The notes: generated from the letters alone by a model not told the origin. A stretch of DNA of 30,370 nt from Chloroflexota bacterium (GCA_014360745.1 JACIWY010000001.1:1-30370); one strand, 5' to 3'; counted from the first letter of the stretch, positions 8,114 through 16,856 are shown. Program-made: numbers and translations.

Positions 8114-8989
8114 ATGAGCAACAAATTGATCCTCGGCGTGCCCAAGGGAAGTCTGCAAGATTCGACCATCCGCCTTTTTGAGAAGGCCGGTTTCAAAATC
8201 CTGATCGGCACGCGTTCTTATCAACCGACGATCAACGATCCCGAAATCGAGTGTCTGATGTTCCGCGCCCAGGAGATGGCGCGCTATGTCGAGCGAGGCA
8301 TTATGGACTGTGGCCTCACCGGCGCCGACTGGATCGCTGAAAACGACGCCGATGTGGTCGAGGTGGAAGACCTAGTCTATAGCAAGCAGACGGCCAACGC
8401 CTATCGCTGGGTCGTGGCCGTGCCCGAAGATTCGGACATCCACACCGTACAAGACTTGCAGGGCAAGCGCATCGCCACCGAGCTGGTTCAGGCGACGCGA
8501 CGCTACCTGGAGAAGCACGGCGTGCAGGCCGAGGTCGAGTATTCCTGGGGCGCCACAGAGATCAAGGCGCCGCTCTTGGTGGACGCCATCGTCGAGGGCA
8601 CCGAGACCGGCTCCACCCTGCGAGCCAACCGGTTGCGCATTATCGACACCGTCATCGTCTCCACCACCAAGCTCATCGCCAACCACCAGGCCTGGGCCGA
8701 CCCTTGGAAACGGGAAAAGATCGAGCAACTGGCCATGTTGCTCAAGGGCGCGCTGGAGGCCGAGGGCAAAGTGGGCCTCAAGATGAACGTGCCCAAGAGC
8801 AAGCTGGAAGCCGTGGCCAGCCAGCTCCCTTCTTTGCACACGCCGACGATCTCGAATCAGACCGACCCCGATTGGGTCGCCCTGGAGGTTATCGCCGACG
8901 AGGCCATCGTCCGTGACATTATCCCCAAGCTCAAAAAAGCGGGCGCTTCGGGGATTATCGAGTATCCGCTGAACAAGGTTATCTACTGA
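8114..8989 (+). CDS. hisG: ATP phosphoribosyltransferase, long form
   Basis: [46 protein letters not shown]-terminal regulatory domain; 291 aa. Confidence 0.95.
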   Translation: MSNKLILGVPKGSLQDSTIRLFEKAGFKILIGTRSYQPTINDPEIECLMFRAQEMARYVERGIMDCGLTGADWIAENDADVVEVEDLVYSKQTANAYRWVVAVPEDSDIHTVQDLQGKRIATELVQATRRYLEKHGVQAEVEYSWGATEIKAPLLVDAIVEGTETGSTLRANRLRIIDTVIVSTTKLIANHQAWADPWKREKIEQLAMLLKGALEAEGKVGLKMNVPKSKLEAVASQLPSLHTPTISNQTDPDWVALEVIADEAIVRDIIPKLKKAGASGIIEYPLNKVIY

Positions 8990-9009
8990 CCGCGAGCAAC
9001 GAATGCGGC

Positions 9010-9055
9010 AAAAGGCCGGCCGAATCCCCCCAGGATAAACGATGCCGGCCTTTTT
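9010..9055. terminator. Probable bidirectional intrinsic terminator
   Basis: AAAAGGCCGGC (9010-9020) / GCCGGCCTTTT (9044-9054) between convergent genes, with T-run on + and A-run on the left. Confidence 0.6.
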
Positions 9056-9063
9056 ATATCTCT

Positions 9064-9507
9064 CTATCGTGCCTCCCAGGCGATATCGTAGGAGCCGCTG
9101 GCGCGATTAAAGCGGATCTCCAACTTCCACACGCCGGGCACCGGCGGAAAACGCTTTCTATCTCTCACCGTGCCCGGCCCCTCGGCCGTGCCCTGCCAAC
9201 GCACCATCCCAAGGGGGTCGGTGAGCGTCCAGCGTAGCGCGCCGGAGCGCAGGCGAAAGACGGCCTCGAGGGTGGCACCGCTCATCCCCCGCTTGAGCTC
9301 GTAATCAAAGACCTGCGTATCGCTGCGCAGATCGAACTCGGCGTTGCTCCTGCTGACGATTCTCTCCTGGGCGCCAAGGCCGCGAAACCGGTCGAGGATC
9401 GGATTGCGGCGCACCGGCGTGGCCCAGGTGCAGCAGCAACAGCCGACCTGACCCAATAACAAAACGCTTAGAAGCGACAAAACCAACAAGCGGATCCCTT
9501 TGCCCAT
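9064..9507 (-). CDS. Hypothetical exported protein, probable lipoprotein with CCCC after the signal peptide
   Basis: ATG 9507 with GAGGAGG RBS. MGKGIRLLVLSLLSVLLLGQVGCCCC followed by a beta-rich domain. Confidence 0.7.
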   Translation of the reverse strand: MGKGIRLLVLSLLSVLLLGQVGCCCCTWATPVRRNPILDRFRGLGAQERIVSRSNAEFDLRSDTQVFDYELKRGMSGATLEAVFRLRSGALRWTLTDPLGMVRWQGTAEGPGTVRDRKRFPPVPGVWKLEIRFNRASGSYDIAWEAR

Positions 9508-9534
9508 CCAAACCTCCTCTTTCCCCAAACGGCC

Positions 9535-10581
9535 TCAGCCAGCGGCGTGGATCGCCCTGGCGATGGCGCCCAGGCTACGCGCGACGTGTTGCAACGGCAC
9601 ATCCTCGGTGACGCCGATAGCAAAGCCGCGCTTGCTACCGGCCTCGGCGATGAGCTGCCGGGTATGCGCCTCGATCTCTTGATCGGGGGCGATGTGCAGG
9701 GAGCTGGGGAAATTGAGCCAGAGCGCCTTCCGCGGCCACCACGCTCGCGCCTCGGCCACGGTCACATCGCCCACCGGGCGCGGGGTCAGGGCCTCTACGA
9801 TGTCGAACGCCGCCTCGGCGATGGGCTCGCGCAAGGAGCGCAGGCGGCCGTCCATGTGCACCGCCAGGCGTTTGCCCGTCCCCGCCAGGCGAGCCATGTG
9901 TCTTTCATAGCAAGGCATGCAGTAACGGCGAAAGCGCTCCTCGCCCACGACGTCGCTGGTGATATTGTCCGCCGATTGCAAGATCTCGACCGGCGCGCCC
10001 GCTGCCAGGTCGTATAACTCATCATAGCGGGCCAGCATCGTCTCGTACAACGAGTCGATCAACTCTCGTCGCTCATAGAGGTCGATGGCGAAGCGCTCCA
10101 TGCCTGTCATCTGGTAGAGGATCTCTTGGATCGGCCCCTTGGCCACGCGCACCATGACCAACCCATCGCCGCCCAGCATCTCCTGCGCCTGGCGGATGGC
10201 CTCATAATTGTCGCGATACACGGCATCGCGATAGACATACTCCATCACGCGATAATCCTCAGGGGCTTTGATGTAATGCTCGCGGATCCACGTCGAGCCA
10301 TAGGCCGCGTCCAGCCTGGCCACCTGCGAGACCTCGCCCACCGGCGTGTGGATCGTGCGCCGCAGCATGTGTTTGTCGCCCTCCCAATACTCGACGCTAG
10401 AAAATCTCACCTCGCGGTGCTGCAAGCGGTGGGCCGGCAAGCGGGTGATGATACATAGCCCGAGCCGCCGCAATTCGCGCTCCTCGGTGCCGCGCGGGAT
10501 CATCCAGTCATAGATAGTGAGGGGCACGTGGTCGGGCTCCTCCCAGGCCATAGCCGCCAAGATACGTTCGCGAGCGTCCAT
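9535..10581 (-). CDS. Second URO-D / MtaA-CmuA fold protein of unknown function
   Basis: MDARERILAAM..PDHVP, ADNITSD, FRRYCMPCY, AVHMDGRL, EALTPRPVGD. Confidence 0.75.
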   Translation of the reverse strand: MDARERILAAMAWEEPDHVPLTIYDWMIPRGTEERELRRLGLCIITRLPAHRLQHREVRFSSVEYWEGDKHMLRRTIHTPVGEVSQVARLDAAYGSTWIREHYIKAPEDYRVMEYVYRDAVYRDNYEAIRQAQEMLGGDGLVMVRVAKGPIQEILYQMTGMERFAIDLYERRELIDSLYETMLARYDELYDLAAGAPVEILQSADNITSDVVGEERFRRYCMPCYERHMARLAGTGKRLAVHMDGRLRSLREPIAEAAFDIVEALTPRPVGDVTVAEARAWWPRKALWLNFPSSLHIAPDQEIEAHTRQLIAEAGSKRGFAIGVTEDVPLQHVARSLGAIARAIHAAG

Positions 10582-10645
10582 TGCTTTCCCTTTCCATCCC
10601 GGCCGTGACGTCGGCCTTAAACCGGCCTATCTATTCGAGTCGAGA

Positions 10646-10674
10646 TTGGCGCCCCAGACAGCCCATGTTACACT
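10646..10674 (+). promoter_or_regulatory. Sigma70-type promoter for the methyltransferase
   Basis: TTGGCG-N17-TACACT with TGn extended -10. Confidence 0.5.
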
Positions 10675-10715
10675 CGTATTCATGATAACAGATTAGCTGC
10701 TGGAGGTCGAGCGCC

Positions 10716-11906
10716 ATGTCAGAGCGCGTTGATTATCGCCACCAGGTCCTCGCTGCTGTCCAACGGGAGGAGTCCTTTCTGCAAATGGTGCTCAGCCAGA
10801 ACGCCGATCGCGCCGTCGTCCCCTGGACGAAGGTGAACGTCCGCCCGGTCGAGATTCGCGGCCGTCGCCATATGCAGTTTTCCTATTTCGATGGCCGGCA
10901 GGTGACTCACAAGAACTATGCCGGGGAGGAGCTGCGCCGGGAGTTGGAGCGCGCGTTGAGTTGGCCCTTTCGCCAAATCCACGTACAAACCACCGAGGGT
11001 GACCTGCATGTGCGCATCAGCAAAAAGGGCAAGGTGTTCGTTTCGCGCGGCAGGCCCGCGCAGGAACGGCCAGCTCCCGCCCTGGGCCACGATCGGGTTA
11101 AGGAACGTCCGTTGTCGCTCCAAGGAGCACGCCCATTCCTAGAAGCGCTGGGCATCGTCGACGGCCACGGCCGCGTGCGCCCCGGCATGGGCGCCAAGTT
11201 CCATCAAGTGAACGAATTTTTGCGCTTTATCGAGCGCGCCGTCGAGGGCCTGGAGACTGGCCGGCCGGTGCGTGTCGTGGATTGCGGCTGCGGCCGCGCC
11301 TATCTGACCTTTGCCGCCTATCACTATTTGAACGAGGTGCGCGGGCTAGAGGCGCACCTCCAAGGCGTCGATGTCAACGCCGAGATCCTCCAAGAGATGA
11401 GCGCCCTCCGCGATGAACTGGGCTGGGACAAACTGACCTTTCATGCGACGACCATCGCCGCCTTTCAACCTGCAACCACACCCGATCTGGTGCTCAGCCT
11501 GCACGCCTGCGACACGGCCACCGACGAAGCCCTGGCCCAGGCCGTTCGTTGGGGCAGCTCGTGGATACTGGCCGCGCCCTGCTGCCAGCACGAGCTGTAC
11601 GATCGGCTTCACGATGATCTCTTTCGCCCGGTGCTGCGCCACGGCATCCTGCGCCAGCGCCTGGCCGATCTGCTCACCGACGCTTTTCGCGCTCTGATCC
11701 TGCGCATCCTGGGCTATAGCACGCAGGTGGTCGAATTCGTCTCCCCAGAACACACCTCCAAGAACCTGATGATCGTCGCCGAACGTGGCCTGCCCAAAGG
11801 GGACGCGCAAATGGCCGGCGAGTACAGGGCGCTAAAGGGATATTGGCACGCGACGCCGGCGTTGGAGACCATGTTGAAGGAAGAGCTCGATCCTTACATA
11901 GGATAA
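10716..11906 (+). CDS. Class I SAM-dependent methyltransferase (Methyltransf_32-like family)
   Basis: KFHQVNEFL, VVDCGCGRAYLTF, LHACDTATD, APCCQHEL, EFVSPEHTSKNLMI. Confidence 0.8.
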   Translation: MSERVDYRHQVLAAVQREESFLQMVLSQNADRAVVPWTKVNVRPVEIRGRRHMQFSYFDGRQVTHKNYAGEELRRELERALSWPFRQIHVQTTEGDLHVRISKKGKVFVSRGRPAQERPAPALGHDRVKERPLSLQGARPFLEALGIVDGHGRVRPGMGAKFHQVNEFLRFIERAVEGLETGRPVRVVDCGCGRAYLTFAAYHYLNEVRGLEAHLQGVDVNAEILQEMSALRDELGWDKLTFHATTIAAFQPATTPDLVLSLHACDTATDEALAQAVRWGSSWILAAPCCQHELYDRLHDDLFRPVLRHGILRQRLADLLTDAFRALILRILGYSTQVVEFVSPEHTSKNLMIVAERGLPKGDAQMAGEYRALKGYWHATPALETMLKEELDPYIG

Positions 11907-12005
11907 TTTCAAGATGCCGGGCACCGGCCCGCGGATAGGTCAAGGGCCTGACGCTTGGAATCCCTCTTCAAGGCGCCCTTTCCACAATGAACCCAACACC
12001 AGGGC

Positions 12006-13103
12006 TCAGCCCAGGCACAGCCCGGCCGTGAGTTCGTAATTGCGCTTGTAATCCCCGCCGGCCTCCGGCCCATAGGCCAGAATGGGTATGGCGCCCTCGT
12101 GTCGCGAGCCGTGCGAACGCAAACGGACGGGCACGCGCACGGCCTCGAACGTGCCGAACACGGTGTAGGCGTCGGCCAACACCAACAGGTCGCCAATGCG
12201 CTCGGCCATGAGCTGAAAGCGGTCGGCGGCTTGCTGGCGGGGATGCACCTCTTCCACGCCGGGTATTTCGCTCAACAGGGCACAGGCTTGATCAAGCGCG
12301 CCAAGGTCGGCCAAGTGCACATAGGCCGCGCCCCCTAGATTGCCGTGATGCACCACGTAACGATCCTTAATGATCGGGATGGCCCGCGCCACGATCCCAC
12401 CGCTCGCCAGAGCCTTCTCCAGATCGACCCCCCATTCCTTGCCCGACATGCCATGGTCGGCCGTCAGCAGAATCCGATGCCTCGGCGCGTCCTCCGCGAT
12501 GTGGCCCAGAGCGACATCCAGCCCTCGGATGTGCGCCTGTGATTCGAGCGACTCGGGCGCATAGCGATGCATCATGCCGTCGGTAGTGGCGCAATAGACC
12601 AGGTCGGGGTCTTGCTCTCGCAACAAGAGCGCCAGCGCCTTTAGGAGCCAGAGGTTCAGATCGGGGGCATAGATATCGGGGGGTGGCCCCAGCTTTTGCA
12701 CCATCTCGGCGTCGGGCGCCTCGGCGCATAGGGCATAATCGGCACCCTGGCCCACCAAGTCGAGGAGCTTTTGCTTGGCCGTAAGCGCCGCCGTCGAGAG
12801 CCCTCGCCGCCGCGCCCGATCGAGGATCGTGGGCCGGCAGAGAAACTCGGCCGATTCCATATAGGTCTCCCGGCCGGTACGCGGATCTAACACATAGTTG
12901 GCCGTGATGCCGTGCTCGTTAGGGGGCGTGCCGGTGACGATTGAGACATTGTTCACATTGGTCACCGTGGGCACCACCGCCTGCCCAACGGCGTAATAGC
13001 CCGCCGCGGCCAGGTCGTCGATCGCCGGGGTGGGCGTGGCCTCGATATAGCTCGGATCGAGGCCGTCGATACAAAGGACGACGGTTTTCGGCCAAGGAGC
13101 CAC
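12006..13103 (-). CDS. Alkaline phosphatase superfamily protein, phosphonoacetate hydrolase (PhnA)-like
   Basis: GTG 13103. CIDG, PTVTNVNNVSIVTG.PP..HGITANY (Thr nucleophile), TDGMMH, TADHGM, LRSHG: metal ligands intact. Confidence 0.75.
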   Translation of the reverse strand: MAPWPKTVVLCIDGLDPSYIEATPTPAIDDLAAAGYYAVGQAVVPTVTNVNNVSIVTGTPPNEHGITANYVLDPRTGRETYMESAEFLCRPTILDRARRRGLSTAALTAKQKLLDLVGQGADYALCAEAPDAEMVQKLGPPPDIYAPDLNLWLLKALALLLREQDPDLVYCATTDGMMHRYAPESLESQAHIRGLDVALGHIAEDAPRHRILLTADHGMSGKEWGVDLEKALASGGIVARAIPIIKDRYVVHHGNLGGAAYVHLADLGALDQACALLSEIPGVEEVHPRQQAADRFQLMAERIGDLLVLADAYTVFGTFEAVRVPVRLRSHGSRHEGAIPILAYGPEAGGDYKRNYELTAGLCLG

Positions 13104-13107
13104 CCGC

Positions 13108-14127
13108 TCACCCCTTTTTGCGCGCAAGAACTCGCTTGACCGCGCTCACGATATGGCGCGCCGACAGCCCGTAGCGGTCGATGATCGTTAGATAGGGGCC
13201 CGATTCGGCAAACGTGTCGCGCACGCCCACGCGCTGCATCGGCACCGGCTCGTTTTCGACCAACAGCTCGGCCACGGCGCTGCCCAGGCCGCCGTAATAG
13301 ATATTGTTCTCGGCGGTTACCAGGGCGCCGGTCTCACGCGCGGCCTGCAAGATGATGGCGGCATCCAGCGGCTTGAGCGTGTGACAATCGATGACGCGCA
13401 CCTCGATCCCCTCAGCGGCCAACATCTCGGCGGCCAACAGCGCCTGGGCGGTCATGTCACGGTTGGCGACGATGGTCGCATCCTCGCCCTCGCGCACCAA
13501 CACCGCCTTGCCGATCTCGAACGGATAGCTTGCATCAAAGAGCAAAGGCACCGGATCGCGGGTAAAGCTCAAATAGACCGGCCCGCGCCAACGTGCCGCC
13601 GCATGGACGGCCTGCTTGGTCGTCGGCGAATCGGCCGGGGCAATGACCGTCATGTTGGGCAACGCACGCATGATGGTCAGATCTTCCTGCCCCTGATGGG
13701 TCACTCCATCGGGAGCCGGGGTGATCCCGCCATGGCTGGCCGCGATCTTGACGTTGAGGTTCGGGTAGCAAATGCTGTTGCGCACCATATCCAGCGCGCG
13801 CAGGGTGATGAATACGGCGTAGGTGGAGATAAAGGGGATCAAGCCGGTGGTGGCCATGCCGGCCGCCGCCGCGGTCATGTTCTGTTCGGCGATGCCAAAG
13901 TTGATCTCGCGCCCCGGAAATTGACGGGCGAATTCGTCGGTCCTGATCGCTTTGGAGACATCGGCGTCGAGCACGACCACCTCGGAGATCTCGCGCCCCA
14001 CCTCCAGGATCGCCTCGGCATAGGCAAAACGTGTGGCCTGGCGCGACGCCTTTTGGAACAACGTCCCCTCGCGCAGCAAGGGCAAGATCTCTGCGCGCAG
14101 ATGATGGTAACGGCTATCGGCGGACAT
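13108..14127 (-). CDS. Split transketolase, C-terminal (pyrimidine-binding) subunit
   Basis: ATG 14127 with GGGAGGGG RBS. ATRFAY, GIAEQNM, DGVTHQ, DLTIMRALPNMTV, DCHTLKPLD, GGLGSAVAE. Confidence 0.88.
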   Translation of the reverse strand: MSADSRYHHLRAEILPLLREGTLFQKASRQATRFAYAEAILEVGREISEVVVLDADVSKAIRTDEFARQFPGREINFGIAEQNMTAAAAGMATTGLIPFISTYAVFITLRALDMVRNSICYPNLNVKIAASHGGITPAPDGVTHQGQEDLTIMRALPNMTVIAPADSPTTKQAVHAAARWRGPVYLSFTRDPVPLLFDASYPFEIGKAVLVREGEDATIVANRDMTAQALLAAEMLAAEGIEVRVIDCHTLKPLDAAIILQAARETGALVTAENNIYYGGLGSAVAELLVENEPVPMQRVGVRDTFAESGPYLTIIDRYGLSARHIVSAVKRVLARKKG

Positions 14128-14986
14128 GATTCCCCTCCCAACCCGCAGCGGCGGCGATTTCGGCCAGGGCCTGCTCTGCTTCAACGTCGTTGGGCGCGCG
14201 ACCGTGCCACAACGGGTTGTTCTCCATGAAACTCACCCCCTTGCCCTTCACCGTCTCGGCGATGATCATCGTCGGTTGCCCCTCGACCCGACGGGAGGCC
14301 TCTAGGGCGTCGACCACCTGAGCCATGTCATGGCCGTCGATCTCGAGCACGTGCCAGCCAAAGGCCCGCCACTTGGCGGCCAGTTCGCCCATGGGCAGGA
14401 TGTTGTCGATGAAATCGTCGTTCTGGATGCGGTTGCGGTCGGTGATGGCGGTTAGGTTATCCACCCTGAACGCGGCAGCGGCCATGGCCGCCTCCCAGAT
14501 CGACCCCTCCTGCGACTCGCCATCGCCGATGAGCACCCACACGCGGTAATTCTGCCCTTGAATGCGCGCGGCCAGCGCCATGCCCAACCCGGCGGAGAGT
14601 CCGTGGCCCAACGAGCCGGCACTCATGTCCACGCCCGGCGTCTTGCACATGTCGGGGTGACCTTGCAACAGGCTGCCGCAGCAACGCAACGTCGTGAGAT
14701 GCTCGAGGCCAAAATAGCCGCGCTCGGCCAAGGCCGAATACCAGGCCGGGCAGGCATGCCCCTTGGAGAGGATGAAACGATCGCGATCGGGCCAATCGGG
14801 GCGCGTTGGATCGACGCGCATCACTCGAAAATAGAGCGCGGTGATGATGTCGGTCGCCGAGAGCGACCCGCCCGGATGGCCCTCGCCGGCGGCATGGGTC
14901 ATGCGGATAATATCGGCGCGGATGCGGGCGGCCATCCGTTTAAGCTCGTCAATAGAGAGCGGCGGCGCGAAATTCAGGCGATCCAC
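14114..14986 (-). CDS. Split transketolase, N-terminal (ThDP-binding) subunit
   Basis: GTG 14986 with GGGAGG RBS. GHPGGSLS, DRFILSKGHA, LQGHP, GSLGHG, GDGESQEG..N, WHG. Confidence 0.9.
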   Translation of the reverse strand: MDRLNFAPPLSIDELKRMAARIRADIIRMTHAAGEGHPGGSLSATDIITALYFRVMRVDPTRPDWPDRDRFILSKGHACPAWYSALAERGYFGLEHLTTLRCCGSLLQGHPDMCKTPGVDMSAGSLGHGLSAGLGMALAARIQGQNYRVWVLIGDGESQEGSIWEAAMAAAAFRVDNLTAITDRNRIQNDDFIDNILPMGELAAKWRAFGWHVLEIDGHDMAQVVDALEASRRVEGQPTMIIAETVKGKGVSFMENNPLWHGRAPNDVEAEQALAEIAAAAGWEGNHVRR

Positions 14987-15047
14987 GAAGCAACCCTCCC
15001 GATTTAAAGAATTGGCAGGAAAGAGCGCGCTCAAGCCCTTCCCCGCT

Positions 15048-16448
15048 TTAGCGTCGTCTGTGTCGCCGCGCCCAGGCCGCCAATCCGCCCAAACCGCCCA
15101 ACAACAGCAACAGGCTCGCCGGCTCCGGCACCTCGGAGGGCGGCATGGGCGTCGGGGTGAGCGCGACAGTCGGTGTGGGCGATTGGATCGGGATATAGGG
15201 CAACGTCGGTGTCGGGGTGGCCGTCGGCGGGCGGCAATCGGGGCGTTGCACCGTGGCCGTCGCCGTCAGCGGAGCGGGCAAGTTGTCAAAGGAAACGGTA
15301 GCCACAAAGACGACATTGCCCGGATCCAGCGCGGTGATCTGCGCCTGCCAACTCACTGTGGTCATCTGGCCGGGCGCCAGGTCCCCCAGGCCAACCGTCG
15401 CATGGTATCCCGGCGCCAGGTTCGTCCCCGCCGGCAAGCCCAGCATCGCCGAGCCGTTGCGCAGCACCTCCAGCGAGGTATTCCTCACCGTGAGCAGCAG
15501 CTCAAACGGCTCGACGGAGCAGCCCACGCTGGCCGGCACGCTCAGGGCAGCCGTCCCCCCCGCCGGCCCGGCGAGGCCGTACACCGTACTCACCGTGTAT
15601 TCGGCGTTTGCAGCCAGCGCACGGGGGTTCCACCAATAGACCACCGTGCTATCGCCGATCTCTGCAGTGGGGTCGACGGTATAATCCCACGCCGTGCCAA
15701 AGATGCCGACGCCACCGCCGCGCGAAGCCTGCCAAGTGGCGATGGCCAGGCGATCGGGCACCGTCAGCCCAAAGCCGCGCGCGAAACCCATGCCGCGCAG
15801 CGCGTCCTCGTCAAAATCGGGCGATTCGTAGGCTTTGTAATAGTCGGGGATGCTCCCGCCCTCGAAGCTCATCTCGCGGTTTGTCGTGCCAAAGCCCGGC
15901 AGGAAAAAGGGGGCATAATCGTTATCGCCGACTTGAATATCCAGCACGCAGCGCACCCCGGCCTGCAACGCCTCGCTGCTCTGGTTGCGCACCGTATAGC
16001 GGATATGGGCCATATCGGGCCGGCCAGAGTAGGGATTGGTGAAAAAACCGATCTCTTGGGTGACGAGTATCCCCTCCGCCTGCCAACGGGTGACGATGGC
16101 CTGGCCCTGGATGTGCGGCCCCTCTGCGGGCGTCAGCTCATCCAGACGAATGTCGATGGTCTTGTCGCCCTTGATCAGGCGCAGTGAGGGGAACCCCGTG
16201 CGGCTCGCCTCGGGAAAGCCAAACAACAGGCGCTTGTTCTCGTCGCCGCTGACATCGGGTGAGCCCCCTGTGGTGCCCATGGTCATCGTTCCTTCGGCCG
16301 CTACCACGATCTTGATGTACGGGTTCTCGATACTAACCCCTGCCTGCGCCCTAGGCGCGGGGCCCTTGGCCGCCACGCCGGGCGTCAGGAAAGCCAAAAC
16401 CAGCCCCAATACCAGAATCCACATGCCCGCTCGTCGAGAAATAGTCAT
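15048..16448 (-). CDS. Exported surface protein with Pro/Thr linker and C-terminal PEP-CTERM-type sorting signal
   Basis: ATG 16448. Signal peptide, beta-rich domains, PTATPTPT..SPTPT..TPTPMPP, then EVPEPASLLLLLGGLGGLAAWARRHRRR; 466 aa. Confidence 0.85.
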   Translation of the reverse strand: MTISRRAGMWILVLGLVLAFLTPGVAAKGPAPRAQAGVSIENPYIKIVVAAEGTMTMGTTGGSPDVSGDENKRLLFGFPEASRTGFPSLRLIKGDKTIDIRLDELTPAEGPHIQGQAIVTRWQAEGILVTQEIGFFTNPYSGRPDMAHIRYTVRNQSSEALQAGVRCVLDIQVGDNDYAPFFLPGFGTTNREMSFEGGSIPDYYKAYESPDFDEDALRGMGFARGFGLTVPDRLAIATWQASRGGGVGIFGTAWDYTVDPTAEIGDSTVVYWWNPRALAANAEYTVSTVYGLAGPAGGTAALSVPASVGCSVEPFELLLTVRNTSLEVLRNGSAMLGLPAGTNLAPGYHATVGLGDLAPGQMTTVSWQAQITALDPGNVVFVATVSFDNLPAPLTATATVQRPDCRPPTATPTPTLPYIPIQSPTPTVALTPTPMPPSEVPEPASLLLLLGGLGGLAAWARRHRRR

Positions 16449-16487
16449 CGCCCTGCCTCGCTTGCCTGCCCCTAGAATGTTGGCTTG

Positions 16488-16516
16488 AGGATAGTAGCAG
16501 CCCCGCTCGTCGTCAA
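16488..16516 (-). promoter_or_regulatory. Sigma70-type promoter for the PEP-CTERM gene
   Basis: TTGACG-N17-TATCCT on the minus strand. Confidence 0.55.
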
Positions 16517-16547
16517 GTGTCCGTTGGCTTGTTAAGACATGGCGATC

Positions 16548-16597
16548 GGAGCGAGGGCCCCTGCCCGACACCTTGGCGGCGAGGACGCTCGCGCTCC
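16548..16597. repeat. Second GGAG-tagged REP-like inverted doublet
   Basis: + strand GGAGCGAGGGCCCCTGCCCG (16548-16567) and - strand GGAGCGCGAGCGTCCTCGCCGC (16597-16576), both similar to 4615-4637. Confidence 0.6.
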
Positions 16598-16856
16598 CCC
16601 GATGTCGTTCGGCGGAGGGCTTGGCAGGGTACGGGGCTCCGCGCCGCACCTGGCCCTATCACATTCGGCTCCCCCTGCCCAATCGATTACAATAAAAGAA
16701 GCGGTTGATTCCAAGCCCAGGTTCGCCGCGGCAAATAAAAAGGTTCGCCTCTTGCCGCACCAAGTGCCACACAGGTGCTGGGCACTTTCCCGGTGCCTGG
16801 CGTCTTGAACCTTAAAGGCGAACTGGGGAGCGTTACTCATTCGGGGAGGCTACCAC

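Noticed and set aside
11969-11980. 12-mer CAAGGCGCCCTT matching 22799-22810 in reverse
   Set aside because: A single short GC-rich match, compatible with chance.
13381-16187. Long plus-strand ORFs 13381..14229 and 14841..16187
   Set aside because: Antisense to the transketolase and PEP-CTERM genes, which carry clear motifs.
16755-16770. Sigma54 promoter for the PEP-CTERM gene (TGGCAC..TGC on minus strand)
   Set aside because: GG-to-GC spacing is 8 rather than 10 nt.
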